Positions 1-12,220 of a stretch of DNA of 64,000 nucleotides are shown piece after piece (position 1 is the stretch's first letter; each line of letters starts with the position of its first letter). Under the pieces are notes generated by a model that was not told the origin of the DNA, did not search any database, and worked only from the letters and a program-made list of their open reading frames with translations. This stretch comes from Paraspadella gotoi (taxonomy: Eukaryota > Animalia > Chaetognatha): positions 20,894,684-20,958,683 of the forward strand of contig CM119263.1 in NCBI GenBank assembly GCA_051294375.1. Reading direction: 5' to 3'. A program made the position numbers and the translations under genes.

Positions 1-71
1 AGGTTAGATTACAATAGAATACAATTAGACTACAATATTTGAATTTCGTTACTTTTCATTGTGGTTGCGTA

Positions 72-548
72 TTGGAAGACTTTTTTTAATGTTTTTCTAC
101 AACAACTTTATTTGTAAAAAACGTACATATTCACTAATTTATAGTAGTTAATTGTTAAAAATAATTATTATTACTTTTAGCTTAAATATTTTATCTCTGT
201 TGTACATTGCATAATGTATTGTTTCTAATGTTTCTGTCTCTCTCTCTCTCTCTCTCTCTTTCTCCCTTTCACCATTTAATTTTTTTTTCACAATCTAACA
301 CAATCTGTCCTCATCTTAACCTGTCCTCACATCTGACCACTATTTTTTTACGTCTTTGTGTTGGAAACTTTGCCCCCCCTCTCTATTTTTCTCTCTTTCT
401 CTCTCTCTCTCTTCTTCTTTTGCATAAAATAATTTCAAAATTCACAAAAACAATTTGTTAACGCTGAAGAAGGCTTGTATGTAAGCCGAAACATGTACGT
501 TTTTTACAAAGAAAGTCGTTGTAGAAAAACATTAAAAACGTTTTCCAA
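72..548 (+). mobile_element. Short Penelope-like-element (PLE) pLTR/3'UTR-derived element carrying a hammerhead motif, with an inverted terminal duplication
   Basis: Body (tgttgtacattgc...ctgtcctcacatctgaccact...gttggaaact...(CT)n...hammerhead) recurs at ~13.9, 19.7, 31.0 (minus) and 44.6 kb. The tgttgtacattgc motif also lies downstream of the Penelope ORF end (32801-32820, minus). 72-128 is an imperfect reverse complement of 493-548. Confidence 0.7.
460..501 (+). ncRNA. Minimal type-I hammerhead ribozyme motif
   Basis: AACG-CTGAAGA-A-GGCTT(gtatgt)AAGCC-GAAA-CATG-TA-CGTT. Core CUGANGA/GAAA/UH is intact, stem I is AACG/CGTT, stem II is 5 bp, and the helix-III loop is palindromic CAUG as in PLE hammerheads. 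Confidence 0.85.
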
Positions 549-1028
549 GATTACAATATTTAATTTAATATCATTTGGCTTCAAATTNNNNNNNNNNNNN
601 NNNNNNNNNNNNNNNNNNNNNNNNNNNNNNNNNNNNNNNNNNNNNNNNNNNNNNNNNNNNNNNNNNNNNNNNNNNNNNNNNNNNNNNNNNNNNNNNNNNN
701 NNNNNNNNNNNNNNNNNNNNNNNNNNNNNNNNNNNNNNNNNNNNNNNNNNNNNNNNNNNNNNNNNNNNNNNNNNNNNNNNNNNNNNNNNNNNNNTCATAA
801 GTTTATCAGTTATATCTTAGTTTTAAAGATCCTTGCCTCAATTAAAAATTGCCTACTCTTATTCAGTTAACTACTAGTTAAACCAAAAAATTGTCTATTA
901 CCTATTTAAGAAAAAATTTTTGCCTAAGTTCACCACAATGACACAAGGATTGCAGTCGTAATTATATATTTACTTGGCTCGATTTCAAATGTCTCCAGAG
1001 CAAAAGGTTTGTGGCTTTTATTTTTGTT

Positions 1029-3745
1029 ATCGAGCCTTGACCGGCGAAGCCGGGTCAGGCGCTCTATAATGTTTTAGGGTTGCTTCTCTTTGTGACGTAA
1101 GTTCGAGTCGGTCGTCGGCTCGTGGTCCGTCACGCTTTTTTTGTATAAGAAACTTACTACGCTTTTATAGTTTTGGCTGTGGATTTACCGGTTTTTTTTA
1201 AATTAAAAATTATTATGAATTATGATAAAGTTTTACAAAGTGTGCGATATAGTAAGTTTTAAAAACTTTAGCCAATTTGAAATAGCTTTGATATTTTCCT
1301 TATTAATTTCTTATTACATTTGGATTTAAGTACTTTGTTTTTGTTTGAAATTCCACTTCATTATGAGTTTAACTGCAATTGCAAATGAGATCTAGATAGT
1401 ACTCCATTATAATAATCGCAAGATAGTAATAATAGAAATCCTTTAATCTAATTTTACATTCTAGATTGCAGGTATATAATATTTGAAGAATGAAATTTCA
1501 GAAAAATTTTTTTTAAATCTATAATGAAAAATGGGAACTCAATAGGAATTTTTAAATGAGAGAGCTGTATATCTTTATAATTTTAACATTACAATAAAAA
1601 TAAAACTTTTTACAAGTTCGGCGATTTGGAAAATGGAAAAATTTTCCCAATGGTAACATTGTAAGCATTTTTTTGCCTTTCTTTTATTTATTTTTTTATA
1701 ATTCATATATATATTTTTTCAAAGCGCTGCCTTTTTCTGAATCGTTTTAAAACGAGTTCAGTCTTCTCTATCTCTTCTTTGTGTGCGGCTGGTCTCTTCT
1801 CTGTACGATCTTTTGCATGGATTGTTTTGTTCGTGTTTTTTGAAAAATTACTGGCAATTATTCTTTTTTCGTTTCTAAAATGAAACATATATATTTGATC
1901 AGGCGCTGCTTTTCTAAATCGTTTAACAAAAAAACGCAGTTCAGGCTCTCTCTCTCTCTCTCTCTCTCCGTCTCCCTCTCGTCTCCTCCCTCTTCTCTCC
2001 TGCTCTCTCTCTTTTTTTTTTTTTTACAAAAATAGATTTGTTTAGTCACTTTTTTTTTTTCACCGACCGTCACTGGCGACGAGTACGAATTAAAACGAGT
2101 TCCGGCTCTCTCGTCTTCTCTCTCTCTCTATCTTTTCTGCTCTCTCTCTCCTCTCTCTCTCTCTCTATCTTCTCTCGTCTCTCCTCTCTCTATCTCTTTT
2201 TTTTTACCAAAAAAAAATTTTTAGTCACTTTTTTTTCTTCAAGCCACCTGTTCATTAGCGACGAGTAATCAAGCGAGTAAACGAGTTTCCGGCTCTGTTC
2301 AAGCTTTCTCTCCTCTCTCTCTCTCACCTCTACTATCTCTCTCTCTCTCTCTTCTCTTCTCTCTCTAATCTTCTTTCTGTCTCTCTCTCTAATGGTAGAC
2401 GATCGTTGTCATTTTTGAGAAAATCTTAATTATTTTTTTCCTTTTCTTCTGAAAACTCATTTATTATCGGCCCAGATTTAAAAGTTTTTTTTTTCATTAC
2501 AAAATGCCCAAATTACATCGCGAAGATTTTCGTGATTCATTTTTAGTTAAAAGGAAGAATACACTTATAATGCAGGCAGATGTCACAGTGTACAATGCAC
2601 TTGCTTGCTGTAGCAAAATACCTGCTATATGTCTGCAATTGCGGCGGGATAGATGTATAAATTGGCATGTATAATTTTATATTTTCTAAAAAAAAATATT
2701 TTTTATTTTTTTGTGTTTTTGTTTATTATTGTAAACTTTGGACCGGTCGGCCCACTATTGGCAAATTATATCTAAAATAGGGAGTTCAGAAGAGAGAAAT
2801 AGTCAAATAAACATTACTTTTTTTGTTATTCTGAGTATTTTTACAATTTTTAAATTTGTTTGTAATTTTTTTAGTGTAAGATTATATTTAATCATTTTTT
2901 TTATCTTTTTTTTAAATAATAATTGATTGGGATAAATATTTTAAAGATTAGTTAAATATGCAAAATATGAAATTTGGACCTCGGTCTGGCGCTCCTTCCT
3001 CTCTTAAAACACCAAAAAAACAATCTAAAATTTTATTTCAAGATTAAAAACTTTTTTTATATAAAGCGACAAGCTGTCCGTCACCCTTACTAGATTCGTC
3101 GAAAAACGAGTTCGCGGCCGGTCCCACTTTCTTCGTCATCTTCTCCTTTCTCTCTCGTCTCTCTCTTCTCTCTCTCTCTCTCTCTCTCGATTTTTTTCTT
3201 TCTTTCTATTTATTCCGCTCCGATTTATTCCTGGCCGCGCTTTTTTTTTCTCAATAACAGATTCCGCAAGGATTGTACAGTCCGAGAGTTTCGTGAGATT
3301 TGTTTTTTCTAAAAATTCTGATTTATTCTTAATAATAAACGAGAGTGAAAACTGACCAGATCCCTCCTCTTTCTCTCTGCTCTATACTCCCTTCTCTCTC
3401 TCGTCTCTCTCTTCTTTCTTCTCTCTTCTATCTCTCTCTCTTTCTCTCTCATTCATAACACGCATGTTGTTTGTTTTATTTTACGATGAATGATTCTTCG
3501 CGTCAATGAATGACTATCATGCATCAATGAATGATTTTCATCAAAAATCATGAATGGATTATCATCACAATCATGCAAATGACTATCGTATCATCAAGTG
3601 GCATTTGAATTATCTCACAGTCAGTTATTTTTGTTATCAATCGCATTCAAATTATTGGTTATCATCGCATCATATTTGTTATCATGCGCATCAATATGTT
3701 GGTTACCATCGAAAGCAGGCTCGTCTTATGCCTTTTTAAAGATTG
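1029..3745 (+). mobile_element. Helentron/DINE-1-like non-autonomous rolling-circle element (HINE-type), copy 1
   Basis: Starts after a T-run with ATCGAGCC...CCGGCGAAGCCGG hairpin, then GTC-rich microsatellite and (CT)n-rich body. Ends with AAAGC-aGGCTCG...GC(C)TTT stem-loop and T-run. Family assignment is by architecture only. Confidence 0.55.
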
Positions 3746-3748
3746 TTT

Positions 3749-6230
3749 ATCGAGACACGGACCCGGGTGAAGCCGGTCCTGGTCTCAAAAGAAGATCTAT
3801 AATAATTCGCTTTCGCCTTTCTTTGGTGCGCCGTAGTCGGTGTCGTCCGTCTTGAACTTGCTTGAAAGGCATTCGTCGTCGTGTCGTCTGTTGTCAAACG
3901 CCAGTCACGCTTTTTTTGCAAATCACTGGCTTTCTAAAAGTGGTGATATCATAGGAGAGTTGAAAATTTATACTATGGCTTTCTCATCAATGCATATTCA
4001 CTATTTGTTTATGTTTTATTTACTAAAACAAAAAAACCTTTTAATTATTATTTCTATTTCTCTCTTCTTNNNNNNNNNNNNNNNNNNNNNNNNNCGAAAG
4101 CAGGCTCGATCCTTATGCTTTTAAGATTGTTTTTTATCGAGACAGACCGGGTGAAGCCGGTCCTGTCTCTATAATAATTCGCTTTCGCTTCTTTGTGCCG
4201 TAGTCGTCGTCGTCGTCTTGACTTGACTTGACTTGAAAGGCATTCGTCGTCGTCGTCGTCTGTGTCACGCTTTTTTGCAATCATGGCTTCTAAAAGTGTG
4301 ATATCATAGGGAGTTGAAAATTTATATATGGCTTCTCATCATCAATATTCCTATTTGTTTATGTTTTATTTACAAAACAAAAACCTTTTAATTATATGTC
4401 TCTTTCCCTCTCTCTTTCTTTTAATTATATGTCGCTCTCTCTCTTTCTCTTTTTTTCTCAGTCACTGCTTCTTCTGTTTTGTCTAAAAACAAGTTCTGGC
4501 TCTGCAGCGTCGTCCAGCTTCTTTCTCTCTCTCTCTCTTTTTTTTTAACAAAAAAATGTTTATATATATATATATATATTGTGGGCTCACCAATATTGAA
4601 GACGATGCCGTCAGCAGTTTACCATCCATTCTCCCTTTTTTTCTCTTTTATTTCGCTTTTCTTTTATGGCGCGAACCCGAGTCCTTCAGATGGGGAGGAG
4701 TTTGCGCTACCTCGGGTGCCATAGGTACTTATTTACTAAGTAAGAGTAAAAAAGCTGTTGAGCTTTTCTCTCTCTTAATAATATGTCGCTCTCTCTCTCT
4801 CTTTTTCTCCGTTGCTGCTCCTTCTGATTCCAGCGGCTGTTAGGCTTCTCTCAACTCTCTTTTAATTATATGTCGCTCTCTCTTTCTCTCTTTTTTTCTT
4901 CTGAATAGGGGAAGCCCCTCTCAATGGGGTGAATCAAAAATTTAGTATGGGAACATGCTCAAACGAAAATTTATGCATTTTTAAGAATACTTTCAATGTA
5001 CAAAAAATTTCTTATATGGCTCCATACCCAAATATTTTTTTTTTTAATATTTATTTATAAAAAGGAAAAGAGATTGACCCTACTCAGATTCATCGAAAAA
5101 CGAGTTCAGATCTGCAGCGGCTGTCCAGCGGCTGTCCAGCTTCTCTCTATCTCTCACTCTCTCTCTCTCTTTTTCTCTCTCTTTCTCTTTCTTTCTCTCT
5201 CTCTCTCTCTGATTATTTTTTCTTCTGAAAGGGGTAGCCCATCTCAAAGGGTGAGTCAAAAATTTAGAATGAGAACCTGCTCAAACGAAAATTTATACAT
5301 TTTTAATTATAACTTTCAATGTACAAAAAATTTCTTATATGGCTCTATACCCAAATATTTATTTTTCTATATATTTATTTATAGAAAGGAAAGGAGTTCG
5401 ACCCTATTCAGATTCGTCTAAAAACGAGTTCAGCTCTGAAGCGGGCTGTCAGCGGCTGTCCAGCTTTCCTCTCTCTCTCTCTGTGTCTCTCTCTCTGTCT
5501 CTCTCTCTGTCTCTCTCTCAGTTTCTCTTGTCTCTCTCTGTACGATCTCTTGCATGATCGTGCATTTTTTCGAAAAATTTAGATTATTTTTCTCCTCTAA
5601 AAACTTTTATTTATCGCCATTATATTCCACGCTTTTTTCCCAAATACAAAATCCCAAATTTACATCCTAGTTTTTTGTGGATTTATTTTACGGTTCTGAG
5701 ATTTTAGTCAGAATATATTTTATGTTTAAACAATGTTTCGTACACTCTCTCTCTCTCTCTTTCTCACTCTCTCTTCACTCATACACGCATTTTGTTTTTT
5801 ATTAACGATGAATGACTCATCGCGTCAATGAATGACTATCATCGCATCGTGAATGACTATCATCGCATCAATCATTTGGTTATCTTCGCATCAATTATTG
5901 GTTATCATTGCATCAATTTTTGGTTATCATCGCATCAATTATTGGTTATCATCGCATCAATTATTGGTTATCATCCATCAATTTGGTTATCATCGCATCA
6001 ATTATTGGTTATCAATCGTAATCAATTTTTGGTTATCATTGCATCAATAAATTATTATTACATCAATCAATTACTATTACATAAATCAATAAATTACTAT
6101 TACATCAATCAATCAATCAATCAATCACTCACTTTGGTTATCACCACATCAATGAATGATTATTATAACACAATGAATGCTTATCATCATATCAGTGTAT
6201 AATTATCATCGTAACATAGTCGAGGTGAAA
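3749..6230 (+). mobile_element. Helentron/DINE-1-like element, copy 2, head-to-tail with copy 1 (start redundantly assembled across the 25-N gap)
   Basis: ATCGAGAC...CCGGGTGAAGCCGG head follows the copy-1 tail directly (3749, again at ~4137). Contains (GTC)n, the shared body and the 22-bp minisatellite. 3' end not clearly seen. Confidence 0.55.
5830..6050. repeat. ~22-bp minisatellite (aattattggttatcatcgcatc) internal to the HINE family
   Basis: Tandem units seen directly; similar arrays at ~3520-3710, 13640-13745, 19435-19535, 54650-54800 and 61860-62090. Confidence 0.85.
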
Positions 6231-8722
6231 CCAATGTCCTAAACTCGCTCGCCACTTCTCCTAATAAGTAGTCAATAATAATCTTCTCTCAAAAATAAAA
6301 AACAATTTCTATCTTTTTTTTGCCGGTTTATGGTTTAACTACCAAACAATGTTTCTAGTTATCAAGTTCCATTAGTGAGGCAGTGAAATGTGTATTTATT
6401 TTCTTTGTTTCATATCGATTCAAGTATTTCTTGTTTGAATTTCCACTTCATTATGATTTACTGCAATATGCAAATTAGAATATAGTACTTTTTCATTAAT
6501 TTTTTTGATAGTAAGGTCTGTCGAGATCCTTATACTTTTAAGATTTTTCTTTTTTCTGTTTGGGGGGAAATGAGAAGAAAAAAAAGGAACAATAAATTGA
6601 AAGAAAATATAAAAAAAAAGACGCGGAAAGAGTTACGGATTTTTTTTCTCCCTTCGGGTCGAAGTTGTCTGACAAACGACGAGTTTGGCAAATCAGTTCA
6701 TGTTTGTTCCTTTTTTTTGATTTTTTGGGGTTTTTTTTTTTTCGAAACCAGGAAAGGGCGAAAAAGAGTTTCCTTCCCTCGACTAGCCCAAGGGGGCCGT
6801 TGGTGGAAAGAGTGGAAGGAGATTAAGGGAATGCTGAATGAAAAGGCGACTGGGAAATAGTTGATGTTGCGATGGGGGGAGTCGACTGCTGTTGAGGTTG
6901 ATGCAGTCGAAATTATAGATCGAGGCACGCGAAATCTGCCGAAATTATAGTTATGAGGTATTAGCGCTGAGAAAGCGGAGAGAGCTAATTTAGTGGAGTA
7001 AAGGAATTGAGACGTGAAGTAATGCGAGCAACATTTTAAGAGAAAGAGAGGGAGAGAGAAACAGACTTCTGTATCATCGAGGAGAAAAGAGGAAAGGGAG
7101 AGAAATCGCGAGGAAAAAGAAAAATGGAGGCAGCGTCGGGATCGAATCGATCGTCAGAAAAGGATGACCCGATAAATGCGGTGAAAACTGTAGGGAGTGG
7201 GAGACAGATCGTTAGGGCCGCGGTTGTCTGGGCGGGGCCGTCGGGGAAAGCAAGGGGGGTGTGGTCAGTGGAGTAGCTTTGATGATCTCTGCCAGACTCT
7301 GGCTTATCGCATCGCGTTGATGATAATGATAGCGTTCATTGGCTGTGGCAAATGAAATAGTAAATACAATATATAATAAGTAAAAAAGCTATTAATACAT
7401 AATTTTTTTAAAAATCCAACTTCTGGTGCAATCTACAGTAATCGGTTTCGTGAAAATAAACAATAAAACTACTCGATATCTGGAACCAATGCATGAAACC
7501 AGAAAGAAGTTTTAAGCCGTCAAGAGGTGGAACCTTTAACGAGATCCGTCAGCGAAATATCACATAGAAGAGAGAAACGCTTCAATCGCTTAGTCTGGAA
7601 AGTGGAAACTATGGAACCGGTGGAACCGTTAGCCACGGGTCCGCTCAAGTGTGGAACTGTGAAACCGTCGGACTCGTTGAGCTACGAACCGTCGAGCCCT
7701 GAATCCGACGGAACCGTACATCTCTCGAAGCGATGGAACGAAAATTGAGATCAAAGGGGAACCGGATTTCGCCGCGGGGTCTTTCTCCTAGGGTCGATCC
7801 CTGTCCCCCGCCCTTCTACCCCCGCCCTTCTACCCCCGCCCTTCTACCCCCTATCCAGCCTACGGCCCAGGAAGGCGAGGACTCATCATGCGGGAGACCG
7901 AGAAAAAAAAATGTACCGCGGCCCACGATCAATGGCGGGCGTGCCGTGCGGTTTGAGAAATTGGGTTGAGCCTGAGAGAATCGGATGTTGTGGGAGGGAT
8001 TTCCGGGGAGTGGCGGCGTCCGTCTATCGAGACTGTTCTCTCCAATTTCATCGTCTCTTTAAACGAAATAGAAATGTAAATTTGATTAATCGACGATAAA
8101 AAAGAAGATAAATTCTGGTTCCTTTTTATTGAAAACAAAGGTAGATTTTTATTAAACGAAAGATGTTTCCGCAGGTAGCTTACATAGATAATAAGTAGGT
8201 TTGTTTAACCGATACAATTTTAGTAATTAGGCGTATTAGGCTAGTAGATTTATAATATATTATATTTATTTTAATTAGCCTCTAATTTAGTAATTAACTT
8301 TCGTTCAAATTTTGTCTCTCTAAATTTTCTCAGTTCCAAAGTTTAATATTTCATAGATTCCCAGGAGCTCGGCGCCTATTTTGTAAACATTTTGTCTAAG
8401 TAGAATAAACAAAGGAAGAGAGACAAGAGGGAGGCTGAGATTTTAGTGCATTCCATTTTTAGATCTCAAGGGAGTAAGACGCAATATTTTATCACTGTTT
8501 AATTTCCTAATACAACTTTGGCAATCTACAATTATTTCAGGTAACTTTAAAAACTAATTAGACAGATTATGCATAATCACAGGTCACGTTACCGACATTA
8601 AATTGTGAAACGTGATCGAGAAAATAAAAGTGAGAAATGAATGAAAGTGAGAATAAAGGAAAGATTCCTTTGGTTGTTTAATCACTGGAAAGAAAAACCA
8701 TTGAAAACTGACGCGGCGGGAA

Positions 8723-8761
<39 letters not shown>

Positions 8762-9321
8762 AGAGAGAGAGAGAGAGAGACGAGACTGAGAGAGACGAGA
8801 AGAGAGAGAGAGAGCGGCACCGGAGATCAAGGATGTTCTGTCTGAATGCATGCGGCAAGACTTAGGTGGAAATCGCGCGAAAATCCTCCGTCTCAAAACG
8901 AAAGAATCAGCAATTTGATCCGAGGCGAGCGAAAGCAATTGGATCGGGATCGTTCAAGCGAATAGGATTGCAAGCCGCCAAGCAGATGTTACCCCACGGC
9001 CGGTCGTTAAATTGCATTTGTCAGTTTTCTCTCACGCTGCCGTCGCAGCGCGATGTTGCAAGTTGCCTAAAAAACAATGGAACTTACAATTTTTTCTCTT
9101 ACTAAAAGAAAATCAAATTTAAAATCATTTTGTTGCACTTGCAGTATGTTCACTAAATTAGAGAACTGTAACACGTCAGGGTGGGACGTAACTTAAAATA
9201 CTCACAGTCGAAAGACCGCTGTCGCTTCGCCGGGTCCTGCTTTCTATTAATCATTCAGATTCCTTCTTCTGTGACGTAGACGTCGTCGTCGTTATGACTT
9301 GAAAAAGGCATTCGTGTCCAA

Positions 9322-11196
9322 GTATGTCATCCTTTCAGAATCGCCTCCCCCGGCGGTCGCGCCTAGGCGGCGGCCCCTCGGGGTGGCCCCGCGGGACTGC
9401 CCCGGGGGCAAGCAAATCCTTACTGCCTGGGGGCGGCCCCTGTAGGGGCTTCTTTCTTTTTTTTTGGGGCCCCAACGGGGCCACTCCAGGGGGACATCCC
9501 CCAGGGCGCTAGAAAAACCTTTTCCCCTGGGGGCCACCCCCAGGGGAATGAATTTGCCTGCCCCCTGGAACGGCTCTCTCTCCCTCTATTTCTCTCTCTC
9601 TCTCTCACTTTCTTTCTCTCTTTCTCTATCTCTTTTTCTTTTTTCATCTTTTATTAAGAATAAATTATAAAAATAAAAATAATATATTTCACTTTCAATT
9701 AATCAAATCAATAACAACCAATAGCTGCGCCCAATACCATATGCATAATTTGGTCAACTTGCATGCTCTCAAATGACATAATTTGGTTCCAACTGACATA
9801 ATTTCGGACAACTGCATATAATTTGGTCAACTTTAGAATTTTGTAAACTTTTATAATTTGGGTCAACTTTTATAATTTGCTCGTCAAACTTTTACAATTT
9901 GTCAACTTTAACAATTTGGTCAACTGACATATTTAGTAATTTTTGTTATTAATTTAGTAACAACTTGCATAATTTGGTTAACCTTCAAATTGGTAAACTT
10001 TCATAATTTGGTCAACTGACATAAATTTGGTCAACTGATATAATTTGGTCAACTTTTAGAAATTTGGTAAACTTTTTATAATTTTGGTAAACTTTCATAA
10101 TTTTGGTCAACTGTCTATAATTTGCGTCAACTTGCATTTAATTTTTGGCTCAACTTGCGTAATCTTGGTCATCAATCAACTTAACCAATTATAACTAATT
10201 ATTTAATTTCATTCTGTAAAAAAATAAAAAAGAGAAAAGAGTTGAAAAAATTTTTAATTATAATTCACAGTAATAGTGACTTTTTGTTTTTTCTATTTAA
10301 AACTCACTTTCACTTGCATACTTTTTACCCACACACAAAATTTATATTTATTCATTAGTATGAAATTTTAAATAGGTAGAATAAATAGTAGGATTGGTTT
10401 TATTTTTTTTAATTCACTTATAAAAAAAATTAATTAATTAATTAATTACATTATTAATACCAGTCTTTAAGTCCCGTCCCACATTAGCATTAAACTAAAA
10501 TTATTCATGATTAGATATATGGATTGGAATAAAATTCTTGTTAGTGGGTAGAAAAAGTGTGTGACTGAGCTGATATAAAGTTTTTGCTCACTTTCTCTCT
10601 CAAACCATCAGCCTTTCCTCAACAACGTGAGTTCATCTGAGGCAATCTACAAACTGACATTATTAATTACAAATCTTAAATGAAAAAAATTATTTCACGT
10701 TTAACAATATTGAAAAAAAAATGTAAATTTTTTGTTTAGTTACATTAAAACAAAGTCTTGAAAGATAAGAGAGAGAGAAAAAGATAGAGAGAGAGAAAGA
10801 AAAAAGGAAAGCAAAGAAAAAGAAAAAGATAGAAAAAAAAGAGAGAGAGAGAGAGATAAAGTGTGAGAGAAACGAGATGAAAGAGAGAGTAACAGACAGG
10901 GAGAGATATTCTCAGATACAATAACATTGTCAGAAAGTATATTTTTTTATCTAAACTTTGCTCCTTCCTTAACTCGCCGCCTGGGCGAGCACTTCTTTTG
11001 CTCCCCAAGGGGTTACCCCCAGCGGGCAGACTTTTTTTGGCCCCAGGGGCCGCCCCAGGGCGGGTTCCCCCTGGGGAAACATTTTGGGTCTATTAGGGGC
11101 CCCCTCAATGACCATTTTGCTGCTCCCCCGGAATAGTCTGCCCCTGGGCGCCCCTAGAGCCGCCCCGCGGGGCGGAGGATTTGGGAGATGACATAT
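9322..11196. mobile_element. ~1.9-kb non-autonomous element with long GC-rich imperfect inverted repeats, inserted in the HINE (GTC)n tract
   Basis: Ends tatgtcatc.../...gatgacata. GC-rich arms ~9340-9570 and ~10970-11180 are imperfect reverse complements. The uninterrupted host sequence is visible at ~4240-4270. Duplicate at ~15217-17000. Confidence 0.65.
9740..10170. repeat. ~17-18-bp minisatellite (ataatttggtcaact + tgc/gac/ttt)
   Basis: About 20 or more tandem units read directly; cleaner duplicate at ~15610-16020. Confidence 0.9.
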
Positions 11197-11522
11197 CTCT
11201 CGTCGTCGTAGTCGTCGTCTGCGTCACGCATTTTTGCAATCATGGCTTCTAAAAGTGTGATATCATAGGGAGTTGAAAATTTATATATGGCTTCTAATCA
11301 TCAAGATCTTTAAAATTGTTATGTTCCATATCAATATTCCTATTTTTTATGTTTTATTTACAAAACAAAAACCTTTTAATTATATGTCTCTTTCCCTCTC
11401 TCTTTCTTTTAATTATATGTCGCTCTCTCTCTCTCTCTCTCTTTTTCTCAGTCACTGCTTCTTCTGATTTGTCTAAAAACGAGTTCTGGCTCTGCAGCGT
11501 CAAGCAGCATCGTCCAGCTTCT

Positions 11523-11554
<32 letters not shown>

Positions 11555-12185
11555 AACAAAAAAATTGTATATTTAAATATATATTGTGGGCTCACCAATA
11601 TTGAAGACGATGCCGTCAGCAGTTCACCATCCGTTCTCCCTTTTTCTTCCTTTTTTTTTTCCGCTTTTCTTGTATGAATCACAAGGGCGCAAACCCAAAT
11701 CCTTCAGATTGGGAGGAGTTCGCGCTACCTCGGGCACCATAGGTACTTTGACTTATTATTTGGACGAGTTAAAAGGGCTATTGAGCTTTCTCTCTCTCTC
11801 TCTTTATAATATGTCGCTCTCTCTCTCTTCTTTTTCTTCGTTGCTGCTGCTTTCTGATTCCAGCGGCTGTCAGGCTTTCTCTCTATCTCTCTTTTAATTA
11901 TATGTCGCTCTCTCTTTCTCTCTTTTTTTCTTCTGAATAGGGGTAGCCCCTCTCAATGGAGGGTGAATCAAAAATGTAGTATGGGAACATGCTCAAACGA
12001 AAATTTATGCATTTTTAAGTATATTTTCAATGTTCAAAAATTTTTTTATATGGCTCTATACCCAAATATTTATTTTTTAATATTTATTTATAGAAAGGAA
12101 AAAGAGTTTGGCCCTACTCAGATTCGTCGAAAAACGAGTTCAACTCTGCAGCGGCGGTCCAGTGGCTGTTCAGCTTCTCTCTATC

Positions 12186-12220
<35 letters not shown>

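Noticed and set aside
9740-10170. Regular short repeats as a possible CRISPR array
   Set aside because: Units are contiguous with no unique spacers, no cas genes are present, and the context is eukaryotic; it is a minisatellite.
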